DNA of 64,000 nucleotides from Paraspadella gotoi (taxonomy: Eukaryota > Animalia > Chaetognatha), in NCBI GenBank assembly GCA_051294375.1, contig JBJCIZ010000744.1, positions 1,540,262 to 1,604,261 of the forward strand, read 5' to 3'. Positions within the stretch are counted from its first letter, which is position 1, and every line of letters begins with the position of its first letter. The notes beneath the pieces are model-generated. The model was not told the origin of the DNA and made no database searches. It saw only the letters and a program-made list of their open reading frames with translations. Below, piece by piece: positions 1 to 11,800 of the stretch. Both the position numbers and the translations under genes were made by a program.

Positions 1-431
1 GTTGAGGTGCGGGATCCATTTGAGGTGGCGTTGGTTGCTGGTGGCTTTGGCTTCTTCGGAGGAGTGTGAGTCTTTGCCAGAAGTCCTGTCACCACATTTA
101 AGGAAAAACTCATGGATTTATGACTAAATCAAGAAGAGGTTTTATTCTGAGAATAAAGGGACGGTGGAGAAACGCGCCGGCAGGAGCTTGATCAATTCTA
201 ACTGAAACTAGAACAAAGCTGAAGCTATTTATATCTTTGGAAGAGGATCGGCAACTTGGGTAAAAATTTACAATTCAATGATTTCTGCAGCTGATTGGTC
301 GATTCCGTCGTGTTGACCAATCAGATTCGCGATTCCATTCGCTTGATCGATTCGATTTGTGGGTTGAACTCCTGCGATGGTATGAATAAAAATTTAAATT
401 AAAATATTTTATACGCGTTCCTCTTTTTCAG

Positions 432-620
432 GTCTTGACCTTTCCCAGCGCGACAAGAAAGGAAAAAAGAAGAAGGCAGCGGCAGCAGCTGCAGCCGAGA
501 CGGCGGCGTCGCCGGACGAGCAATTCCATCCAGTGAAGTGCGAAGAATGTGGGACTCAAGTCGGAGTTTATGACGTCGACGAAGTCTTTCACTTTGTTCA
601 ACGTCTTGGCCAGTCATTGA
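432..620 (+). CDS. EAPP: E2F-associated phosphoprotein, last coding exon (gene begins upstream of the window)
   Basis: Follows a ttttcag acceptor. Translates, with two apparent single-base indels, to VLTFP..DKKGKKKKAAAAAAAETAASPDEQFHPVKCEECGTQVGVYDVDEVFHF-FNVLASH*, matching the EAPP C-terminus (YHPVMCTECSTEVAVYDKDEVFHFFNVLASHS). TGA at 618-620. Confidence 0.85.
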
Positions 621-1929
621 TAACAACAACAACAACAACAACTCATTGATAACAACAACGACCAACTACTGCGTTCAACATCTCGATTCAAAAGGCGAAA
701 ACAATAACAAATACAAAAACAAAAACAAGAAAACCTCAGATTTTTTCCGATGTTTCTTCGTCGGACGCCAATCGACATCACCCCCATTTTTTTGGTCTCC
801 CTCCCCCACCCCCTTGTTATTTCAATCCCCGTACAAAACGTTAAATTTCGGTTTATCTCGTGGCCAAATGTTTTTTTTTAATGTCTAGAATTCGTTTGAC
901 TTTTAAATTTGGAAAATTCTCTCAAGAATGCTTGTTATATATTTTTCTCTGTAATAAAATCGCGACTCGTTTTGGCTTTCGTTTTGAAAACTTTTATTTT
1001 CCCGATCTTGTCCTAAAAAGTGTAACGCAGACTTTTTTTTTCCTAGCTAATTAAAAAGTAAGTTTCATCCGTTTTTTTGTATCATTCACTTGGCTAAATA
1101 AAAGTCTTCGTTAAAAAGAATCGTGCGGAGCAATTAGCAGAGAATTAGTAGAAAAGTTAATGATTAATGATAAATAGTAGAATTACTGGGAAAATTCCAA
1201 AAGTCTTTTGTTCGAATCGTTCGAAAAATCCTCCGTTTTTCCCGTCGAATCGAAAGATGTCGCTGAGACTCGAGTCTCAAAAGAGAAACAAATGAACAGC
1301 GCGATTCCTGTGATCTCTCCGGTGAAATTCCGATCCATCACAACCGAAACATTCCATTTCTTTTTGAGCGACAAACATCGTCCGTGAACGTCACGTAGCG
1401 ACCGGACGGATATTCCCGGCGCCGGGAAGTTTGAAAACGACTGGTCGGTCGGTCGGCTACATGAGATCCATTACACCAGGGAAGAAAGAACATGTAGTTG
1501 TACCCTGTTGGTCGCCGTCGACGCCTGACAATTTTGAAAGGAAAAGTCAAGAAAATGACAATTTTGTTTTCATTTACTTNNNNNNNNNNAATTAATGGAA
1601 TTAGGACTTTAACCGCCAAGTATTATTTCTTGTTTCCAGGCTTTCGTGAGATTCCGTCCAATAAATCTCGTCGCGATCAGCGAAAAAAAACGCGACTAAA
1701 AACGAATTTGAAAAAAAAAACTCAAAACTTTTGTGTGAAAACTTGATAAAACGTTTTGAGGGTGGGGTCGTCCGTTCGACCGTCGCTCGATCCGTTTGTC
1801 ATGATTTTAACGGTCGGCCGAAGTCGCGGACTTCTGCGGACCTCTTGACCTTTTCAAAACGTCAACGCCGGATCTCTCTCTCTCTCACTCTTTCTCTCTC
1901 TCTCACTCACTCTCTCTCTCATATCAATA

Positions 1930-1962
1930 ATGCGGGAGGAAGAGCTGGAGACGGCGATCAAG
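1930..1962 (+). CDS. RAB23: Rab23 coding exon 1 (copy 1)
   Basis: ATG..AAG|gt encodes MREEELETAIK, matching the Rab23 N-terminus MLEEDMEVAIK. Confidence 0.85.
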
Positions 1963-2003
1963 GTTTTATCATTAAAGAATATGTATAAGAATATATATTA
2001 TAC

Positions 2004-4607
2004 CTTGTTGCCGCCGCCGCCGTTGACAGCAGCGGAGCGTCTGAATTGGCTGGCGCCCGATTCCAAGGGTCGTCGTCGTCGTTCGTGGAGGGCGCCACCA
2101 CCGCGAGAACGGTGGACCGTGCGACGGATCGGGGTCAGAATCGAAAGTCTCCGGAGTTACGGATCGAAAAATCTCGGTTATTATTTCCACGGATGTAAAC
2201 AAAGAATTAATATGTCTCGGATGTAACTAAAAATAACGATAATTTCTCTCCTTATGAGACAATGGACTGTAATTTTTTCCCTCTCATGTAACTAAAACGG
2301 TTGCATTCTTCATTTTTACTGCCCACCGAAACGTAAATTACAATTTAATTCTCCCCGTATGATAACTACAATATCATTTAATTTATAACTCAAAATAGAA
2401 CCCCAAACCTCGGTTAATTATACCCCGTAAGTAAACCGTAAACCAGTCACCCACTGATCCCTTTTTTTATCCCCCCGTATGTAATATCACTTACCGTTCA
2501 TCCCCCGTATGTAACTAGCAGCTAGAAATGGAAGACGGCGTCGCGTTGGAGTTTGCGTCTGACCGAAGTCGATAAAGAGGAAGTCGAAGACGAGAGGAGA
2601 GGGCGTCCGCTTCGAAGGAAGACACTTGTCGAAGCCTTGGAGGAAGGTGGAAGGGGGGGGAGGGAAAGGATTTTGATTAGCTATTACCTGCGACTCGAAT
2701 CGACTTATTTTCAAGTGTAATTAAATATAAATTTAGTTTTAATTAAAGGAACGATTAATTCCCAGTGACGCAAGGAACAGTAAAATACTGCACTACACTA
2801 GCAAATAATTCGAAATGATTCCCAGAATGGAAAAGGAGAAGAGAAAAGGAGTATGCTTTATAAACTTTCGAAACATTACAGAAGGCTTATGTTATAAAAC
2901 GAGATTGTGGTTTTTTTTTGTGAACCAGAATCTGTTCCCAACAAAACCCCCCAGATCGAAATTTCATGAAATTTTACATACAGAGTCCTAATGACGATGT
3001 AAATGGAACTATCGAGGCGAATTTTGATATTCAACCCCCGACGAGAAGATACAGGGGCCCTGAAGCAATAAAAAGGCTAAATACAGAGTCTCTCCTCCGC
3101 CTTTCCCCAAACCCCCCCGACTATAGTCGTTCTGGGCTCGATAGCGAGGCCCTGTGATATTTTCCGTCATCCACACCTACTAAGCTCTTATAGTGTAGTC
3201 GTTCTGGCTGATAGCGAGACCCTGTTGATATTTCTGTCATCCACCCTACTAAGCTCTTATAGTGTAGTCGTTCTGGCTCGATAGCGAGGCCCTGTGATAT
3301 TTTCCGTCATCCCACCCTTACTAAGCTCTTATAGTTTGCCGCCCCCCTCACTGTAGCTCCACGCGACCGACCCGATCTCCATCCATGTCCATCTTGTTTG
3401 AGGACGATCGCCGTCGGATCGTCGCGGCCCACTCGTCGTCGACCTTTCGCAGCCACGAGTCGACGGCGAGAAAGACTTGCGCGTCGGTGAGGAGAAGGCG
3501 ACCACGCAGGCCTGGGCGCCTTTGGGTAGGAATGAAGGAAGGAGAAGAAGAGGAAAGGTAGGAAAGAAGAGGGGAGAGAGGAGAGGGAAGGGAGGTAAAA
3601 GAAGGAGAGGTAAAGAGGAGGAGGAGAGAAGAAGAAGGGAGGCGATGAAAAGTGGAAAAAAGAGAGCAAACTTTATGACTTTCGGGTCAAATTTCTCAAA
3701 TTCCTGCCTTTTTAATTCATGGTTTAATTTAATTATTGTAACAATGAATAAATCTAATACATATATTTGGAAAAGATAAGTTACTTGGCTATTTATCTTA
3801 GGGCAGACCGTAAGTGTATAGCGACACTAATCAGAAACATCCATTTTAGGAAAACGGATCCAAGTTTTTCAATGAATCCCTTGTTTTAAAACATCCCAGA
3901 AGATTAATTACGTTTAATCACACCCCTGCACCCTTGTAAAGATCGTCTTTTCCGCTCACCCCTGTAATAAGCTTTAGTGATGGCGTCGAACTCCTCTTGA
4001 CCCGCGTGTCCCAAGCATCAGACGCACGTCTTCTCCCTCCACATCGATCTTTAATCAAAAAAGAGTTTAATTAGCGATTTAGTATTAATATATAAAATGA
4101 GGTCATTGTTTTTTGTGACCAGAATCTGTTCCGCCAAAACTACTGGACCAAATTTATGGAAATTTGTTGGAACGATACAAATAAAACTATCGATGTGCGA
4201 ACTTCAAATATTTGACCCCTGAGCCGATAAATGGGCCCCATATATGGCAGAAAATGTCGTTGTTTTGAACAGACGTTTACCCTTTCATCAAAAATGTATT
4301 TAATACCACAAAAAATATAGTTAACCTTAATTTCAGGTTCATGACATCCAGTGTGTTCAAGTCGAGATTTGTAATGAATTCGTAAATATACGATTTTACT
4401 GACGAATGTCTCAAATCTCGCGCCAAACTTATTCCGTTAATTTAAATATCGAAAAATCAAAATGTCCAGTATCGACACCTGCGCGTTCGAGCAGTGCGAC
4501 CCCGATTGTCTTCTGTATAGCTTATAGTGAAGAGACTTTTGCAATAGCGTTGTGGACTTCATTCGCAGGATTTGCCCCACAGCGCCCGTCGCCAACGATA
4601 CACCACC
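2004..4607 (-). CDS. RAB23: Inverted, indel-ridden copy of Rab23 exons 2-6 (probable misoriented contig)
   Basis: The reverse complement gives a degraded VVIVGDGAVGKSSMIQRYCK.. (~4480-4607), [31 protein letters not shown] (~3959-4049), and exons 4, 5 and 6. It is joined directly to intron 1 at ~2002 and bounded by the N gap at 4670. Confidence 0.8.
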
Positions 4608-4694
4608 TGAAGTAGTGGTCAGTGTGTGGAAAATAAATGATTTCTCGTTTTATTCTTATATATATTATCNNNNNNNNNNNNNNNNNNNNNNNNN

Positions 4695-7600
4695 GTTCGA
4701 CGCCATCACTAAAGCTTATTACAGGGGTGAGCGGAAAAAGACGATCTTTACAGGGTGCAGGGGTGTGATTAAACGTAATTAATCTTCTGGGATGTTTTAA
4801 AACAAGGGGATCATTGAAAAAATTGGATCCGTTTTCTAAAATGGATGTTTCTGATTAGTGTCGCATAACTTACGGTCTGCCTAAGATAAAATAGCCAAGT
4901 AAACTTACTCTTTCCAAATATATTAGATTTATTCATTGTTACTAATAATTATTAAACATGAATTTAAAAAAGGCAGGAATTTGGAGAATTTGACCCGAAA
5001 AGTCATAAAGTTTGCTCTCTTTTTCCACTTTTCATCCCTCCCCCTTCTTCTTCCTCTCCCTTTCCTCCCTCTTTTACCTCCTCCTTCTTCTTCCTCCCTT
5101 CCCTCCCTCCTCTCCTCCCACCTTCTTCTTTCCTCCCCTTCCTCTTCTTCCTTCCTTCATTCCTCCCAAGGCGCCCAGGCCTGCGTGGTCGCCTTCTCCC
5201 TCACCGACCGCAAGTCTTTCCTCGCCGTCGACTCGTGGCTGCGAAAGGTCGACGACGAAGTGGGCGCGACGATCCCGACGGCGATCGTCCTCAACAAGAT
5301 GGACATGGATGGATCGGGTCGGTCGCGTGGAGTACAGGAGGGGGGGGCACTATAAGAGCTTAGTAGGGTGGATGACGGAAAATATCACAGGGCCTCGCTA
5401 TCGAGCCAGAACGACTACACTATAAGAGCTTAGTAGGGTGGATGACAGAAAATATCAAAGGGTCTCGCTATCAAGCCAGAACGACTACACTATAAGAGCT
5501 TAACTAGTAGGGTGGATGACGGAAATATCACAGGGCCTCGCTATCGAGCCAGAACGACACACTATAAGACTTAGTAGGGTGGATGACAGAAAATATCACA
5601 AGGGTCTCGCTATCAGCCAGAACGACTACACTATAAGAGCTTAGTAGGGTGGCGGATGACGAAAATATCACAGGGCCTCGCCTACCGAGCCAGAACGACT
5701 ATAGTCGGGGGGGTTTGGGGAAAGGGCGGAGGAGAGACTCTGGGTATTTAGCCTTTTTTTTGCTTCAGGGCCCCTGTATCTCTCGTCGGGGGTTGAATAT
5801 CAAAATTCGCCTCGATAGTTCCATTTACATCGTCATTAGGACTCTGTATGTAAAATTTCATGAAATTCGATCTGGGGTTTTGTTGGGAACAGATTCTGGT
5901 CACAAAAAAAAAACACAATCTCGTTTATAACATGAAGCCTTCTGTAATGTTTCGAAAGTTTACTCAGAAATCTCCTTTTCTCTTCTCCTTTTCCATTCTG
6001 GGAATCATTTCGAATTATTTGCTAGTTAGTGCAGTATTTTATTGTTCCTCGTCATGGGAATTAAATCGTTCCTTTAATTAAAACTAAATTTAATTAATTA
6101 CACTTGAAAATAGAGTCGATTCGAGTCGCCAGGTAATAAGCTAATCAAAATCCCTTTTCCCCCCCCCCCCTTCTCCACCTTCCTCCCCCAAGGCTTCGAA
6201 CAAGTGTCTTCCTTCGAAGCGGACGCCCTCTCTCTTCGTCTTCGACTTCCTCTTTATCAACTTCGGTCAAGACAACTCCAACGTCGACGCCGTCTTCCAA
6301 TTTCTAGCTGCTAGTTACATACGGGGCATGAACGGTAAGTGATTACATACGGGGGGATAAAAAAGGATCAGTGGGTGACTGGGTTTACGGTTTACTTACG
6401 GGATAAATTAACCGAGGTTTGGGGTTCTATTTTTGAGTTATAATTAATGATTTGTAGTTATCATCGGGAGAATTAAATTGTAATTTCGTTTCGAGTGGGC
6501 AGTAAAAGAGAATGCAACCGTTTTAGTTACATTGAGAGGGAAAAAAATTACAGTCCATTGTCTCATAAGGAGGAGAATTAATCGTTATTTTAGTTACATC
6601 CGAGACATATTAATTCTTTGTTTACATCCGTGGAAATATTAACCGAGATTTTCGATCCGTACATCCAGAGAGACTTCGTTCTGACCCCGATCCGTCGCCC
6701 GTCTCGCGGGTGGCGCCCTCCACGACGACGACGACCCTTGGAATCGGGCGCCCAATTCGACGTCCGCTGCTGTCAACGGCGGCGGCGGGAACAGGTGAAG
6801 TCGGAGTGGGGGGAGCTATTGGTTGTTGTTGTCGTCGTCGTCTTTGATTGAAAAATTATATTGTTATTATATATTAATTCGATTAGGTCCTGTGGCGGCG
6901 AGCGGCGGCGTGAGCTGCTGTGAGCGGTGGGACCACCATCGGCGGCGGCGTGAGCGGTGGGACCACCATCGGCGGCGATCCTTTATTGTCGACCACTGAG
7001 GTTAGCTTTCTTAGGACTTGTTGCAGATTATTCGTGATATTTCAATGAGCTCAAGTTCCTCAATCTCATTTGCATATTGTCGTATTTTGATTAAGCTTTT
7101 GATAATTTTTGTTCTATTACCTAAAGGTTTAATATTAATATTTTACTATTGATTTTATGAATAATATTTATAGCCTTTAATTTGTACCAATTTTTTCGTC
7201 TTTATATTTATATTAATAATCTTTAAAAAAAGATATTTTCCTTCAGTCAAACTCGACTTCTCAACAAGCGACGGCGTCGATGGAGAATCGGGAAGAAGAA
7301 AGAGAGAGCATCTCCTCTTCCTCCAGCTTGGGTAAGGGGGGTTTTGGTGGGGGGAGTGAAGTAGGTTTTCGGGATGAATTAATTGAGGAAAAGAGGCGAA
7401 GGAATTAGTTTTGGATTTTTTCCCCTCCTCTCTCTATTCTTTCCTCCCCATTCCCTTTTTTCCTCACTTGTTCCCTACCTTTTACTTCTCATTCTTCCCG
7501 TTCCTTCTTCCTCCTCTCTTTTCTCCCCGTCTTCCCTATTATCCCTTCCCTTTTCCTATTTTTTCTTATCATCTTATGTTCCCTACTTCCCCCCCAAACG

Positions 7601-7713
7601 TTTAACCTTCCTTTTCTCTTCCCTTCAGGCGGACGCACCATCGTCTCGCTCCCAGCAAACGTCGAACTAAAGGAAAGAAAGAATTGAGTCTCTCCGCTTG
7701 CTCTCTTCTCTGA
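4695..7713 (+). CDS. RAB23: Rab23 exons 3(part)-9 (copy 1)
   Basis: Exons approx 4695-4726 ([11 protein letters not shown]), 5171-5317 (AQACVVAFSLTDRKSFLAVDSWLRKVDDEVGATIPTAIVLNKMD; NKxD motif), 6193-6334 (..SVKDNSNVDAVFQFLA), ~6669-6794, 6887-7000, 7247-7331, 7629-7713 (..TIVLAPSKRRTKGKKELSLSACSLL*; CaaX-type end as in Rab23 CSIP). A few indels. Confidence 0.9.
5349..5703 (+). repeat. 70-bp minisatellite in Rab23 intron 4, five units with alternating A/B variants
   Basis: Unit actataagagcttagtagggtggatgacggaaaatatcacagggcctcgctatcgagccagaacgactac starts at 5349, 5419, 5489, ~5560 and ~5630. Only three units at 3120-3335 (inverted) and 23497-23713. Confidence 0.95.
5770..5935 (+). mobile_element. 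Putative non-autonomous Helitron/DINE-1-like short element in Rab23 intron 4
   Basis: Contains ..ttcgcctcgatagtt..aaatttcatgaaattcgatc..aacagattctggtcacaaaaaaa. A diverged relative sits in Rab23 intron 2 (22600-22745; inverted 4080-4240). The aaatttcat...agtagttt motifs resemble invertebrate DINE-1/Lep1-type elements; the family assignment is inference. Confidence 0.45.
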
Positions 7714-8788
7714 CGAAAGAGTTTCGCTTCTTCACGTCGCGATTGATTCGCTTGCAACTTCTTCTCTTCCCCCAGCGACTCTAACGATGATGGGTTATCG
7801 CAAGTTACCATCCCGCCTACGATATCCACGTTACAATTGCTACAACAGCAAACATTAATCTCCCCAGCTTGTGAAACTAATCTTCAGTCTTCCTTATAGT
7901 TCCCATCGACAGCAATAAATGACCCCATTCCGACTGATAGCTTCCGACTCCGACCATCGCCTCCTACCCATCGTCGACAATAACTCAGTGCGCTTCCAAT
8001 TCTTTCCAGTATTATTCGCCTTTTAGGTAGCGAGATATGAAAAAATCCGTCCCAGCGACTCTCGACCGTGACATTCCCCTAATGATCCAATGATATATCG
8101 TAGTGTTTTTACTGCATTCGGATATGTTTGTTTTTTCTCTTTCGTCTCGCAATCGAATTTGTGCCTTAAGATGTAACTTTTTTATGTTACTATTTGTTAA
8201 CTTTCGTTTGTGCAACTGGTTTATTTTCGTGAGTTTTATGTAATTTTTGTTTTTAAATTCTACCATTCGGGACTTGGATATTGAAACTCTTCCCTTTTTT
8301 TTTTATTATAGATGCCATCTTTATTCCTTCACTTTATTCCCCACAAATCCCCAGCCACCCTGCCTACTGCCATGTTGCCTTTATTGCTTAACATAATCTC
8401 AGATCTTCCTCTATTCTCTTCCCCCGAAGAGATTCATATTTTACGATCCGTTAGTCGACGCAATTGCTCACAATATTCCCTTCTCTCAAAAAACCCATCT
8501 TTAATCCTTTATTATTTCATATTTCCCTTTCAATGTTTTTTTTTTCCTTTTAATTAGAGAAAGCAAAAAAAAGAAAGACAGACGTGAAAAAAAAGTATTT
8601 ATTACGTAGAAAAGTGTGAGGATCCAACTTGCTTCAACTTCCGACGAGAAATCTCTTCCAGAAAAAGGACGATTGCCAATCCAGGACTCGCGCTCACTTG
8701 TTAATTAATATGAGGATCTTGATTTGGATTCTAGTCCCGTCGATCCGCATTCACGATTGATCGCTGAATAAAAAAGGATTAAAAAGGG

Positions 8789-8794
<6 letters not shown>

Positions 8795-8855
<61 letters not shown>
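8795..8855. repeat. (GA)n microsatellite immediately upstream of the RhoGEF ATG
   Basis: About 60 bp of GA repeat here versus about 17 bp at 26984-27000 in copy 2. Confidence 0.95.
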
Positions 8856-8858
<3 letters not shown>

Positions 8859-11800
8859 ATGGACGAGGAACGGCCGTCGAGGCGGTAATGTTGTCGAATT
8901 AGGCATCGTCGGTTGTAACTTCGAGAAATCTACTTTAGAGGTGAGTATTTAATCTTTATAACTTCCTTTTACGCTTTATAATAATAATAATATTAAATAC
9001 ATGAATAATACTAAATTTACACCTCCTAAGGACCTCGCCCCAGCATCGGCGGCGGCGGTTCTTCGAGCCAAATTCGCCGCGCCTCCTCTCCCGCCGCTCC
9101 GCCGCCGCTGACCGCCTCCTGCAGGCGTCGCGAGGACGACGACGCCATCTCGCGGGCGAAGCAGCGGGTCGGCGGTACCGCCGGCCGCGGCGTCGGCGGC
9201 GTTGCCACCTCCCGCGGCGTCGGCGGCGTTGCACCTCCGCGCCACTGCCAGTTTGAAGAATCAATTCGTGAGGCGATATCCGCAGCTGAGCGCTTATCTG
9301 AAACGGCTTCGAGGACGGACAGCGTCGGCGGTCGATCACGGACGATCACTTGAGGTGAGAGGGCGTGGGGGGGGGGGGTGGGAGTTTGGGATTTGGTCGG
9401 AGAAAAAAAGAAGATGAAAGGCTTGTTATACGATCGTGTCCAGTTTGATTGAAAGCTTGCAGGACCTGTTATTTGTCATTATCTTGTATTAGTTGATAAA
9501 ATAGATAATTTTTATCGGTTATACCAATGTCATAAGTATTTGATAATATTTTTCGTTTTTAAACATTGGTTATTATTTTTTCAAGATCCATCCTACAAAG
9601 GACGGGACCGGAGCTCGTCGGAGGAGCAAAGAAGGAAGTAGAGAGAAGAGAAGGAGAAGATGATCGCCCAAAACCGACGCAACCTTCTCCGCTTGGAAAA
9701 CGTCGAGACGACCGTCCTCTACGATTTCGTGTACGAACCGCAGCCGCCGCAAGTGCAGCATCGATTCGCGCAGCTCCAGCAGCGGACGCGCTTCAGGGGG
9801 AAATGATATTCGATCCTCTTCTTTCGTCGACGTTTGGAGGCGAAAGCGAATCGACCGTTGATGAGAACTCTCTCCATCTCAGCATCAGCTTTAAACAACA
9901 ACACCACCACCAAAAACGACAGACGCTTCAGTTAGAAAAACAAAACAAAACAAACCAAACAACATCACCAAACAACACAACAACAGAAAAACCGCACCAA
10001 AAACAACTCCACAAAACCAACCCCATCAACAACAGCGCGAAAAGCAACTCCATCAACGTCCTCGTCCAAACTTTACTCGACGAAAGACTTCGTCTTCCTT
10101 CGATCTTCCTTCGCAGACGAAAGGCGCTTCCTTCCTTCGATCCCTCCTCGATTTTTGCGTCGGCAACTGCGTCGGCAACTGCGTCGGCAACGTCTTCAAT
10201 CGCGTCGACGTCGTCCCGTTCCAGTTTTCCAATCTTCGCGACGACGACAAGACGCTTTATTTACCTCCTTCTTCCTCCTCTACTTTCCGCAGTTGTCGGT
10301 CGACCGGCGATCGAAAGGATCCAGCGTCTCTTCCTCCTTCCCCCGTTCGTCTTTGGCGAATTCGTCCTTGGCAACTTCTCCTTTTCCAGTTGTCCTTCGC
10401 AATTCGTTCTTCGCCAGTTCGTCCTTTTCACTTCGCCAAACGCTTCAGGTTTTCTTCTTTTCAATTTCCTCACTACCTCCACCAACGAGAATTCTTCCGT
10501 CGAATTATTTCCAGTATCCGTCTGCGATCCCGTCTGTAATCCCATTCTCGAATCCCATCCGTAATTCCGTCTGGAATCCCATCTCCAATTCCTTCGTCTT
10601 CATCGAATGACCACGAAAAAAGATCGTTGTCTCCAGCAACATCAACGTCCCGCTTCTCGACATCGCCGCACGATCGCGGATTCAACATGAGAACATAAAC
10701 TCTCGAATCCGCGACGTCGATCCTCGCAACAACAGTCGGATGTTTCTCAGCAGAACCATCGGTTGGATAGAGTACTTTCCCCAGCAACCGCAGAATCATC
10801 AGTATGGTTCGGATACTGTTAAGAATTCAACAGCTGGTCGAAGATATACCTTACATCAGCAACATCAGCTGGAGAGAGAGAGCTCGAAGATGAGTTCTTC
10901 TCTTTGCGAATCCGAAAGACGACGAAAGTCTACCTTCGACGCTGCAGCATCCGCGGCAGCAAGAAAGCCGTCCGCCGCGCGAAAGCAGCAGCCAAACTTC
11001 TTCTGTCGAATCCGCCCGTCGCCGACTCGTCGCGATCTCAGCGACAACAACCAACACACGTCAAAAACAACAACTTCACCAAAAAGATGAAAATCGCTGT
11101 TTCCTCTCGACGCAGAACAAATTCCAGTTTTGCGGCGGCAGAACCATCGATCCGCCAGCACTTGCCGCATCCAGACGAAATAACCAACGATGTCATCGAA
11201 GAGAAAAATCGTTGGGCGACCAAGTTGCGGCAGAGATCGAACGCTTCGTCCAATAACTTTCTTCGTCCGAAGATGGATCGATGCGCAATTTGCGGCCGGC
11301 AGCAGCAAGATCTCGCCTCCATCTCGCCGCAGCGACTGGATTCGTCGTCGATCGTGGATCGAAAGACGGAAACGCGAGCGTCGAAGATTCCGCCCATCCG
11401 TTCGCGTCTCGCAAAGAACGCAGCGTCGACAGGAACGGCAAGAGCAGCAACAGCAGCCTCAGCCCCCGCGGCGGATTACAAGGACAAAACGAACGCAGCA
11501 GCAGCAACGGCCTGCAGCGAACCCTTTCTCGACCTTAGTTTCTCTTCCTCTTCTCCTTGATTCCAACGGAACCGTTCCTCAGAAGTCGAAGCGTCAGGTG
11601 CGAAGATCTTCTCATCATCAGCTGCGACAGCGGCGGCCGCGCACCAGCAGCGGCGAGACTCGACGGCATCGCAGCGGATCCAGCGGATGAACGGACTTGA
11701 ACTTGGAAGACACACCATGGAGTCGATCGAAGAATCAACGTGCGTCATTGACGTAAGTGATTGCGTCACTCCCAGCGGTCAATTCCGGCGCCCACTTCCA

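Noticed and set aside
5349-5703. Regularly spaced repeats resembling a CRISPR array
   Set aside because: The units are contiguous 70-bp tandem copies with no unique spacers, they sit in a eukaryotic intron, and there are no cas genes.
9566-11690. Several 100-330 aa overlapping ORFs as separate genes
   Set aside because: They are frameshifted pieces and antisense shadows of the single large RhoGEF exon that is open in copy 2 (27699-30041).
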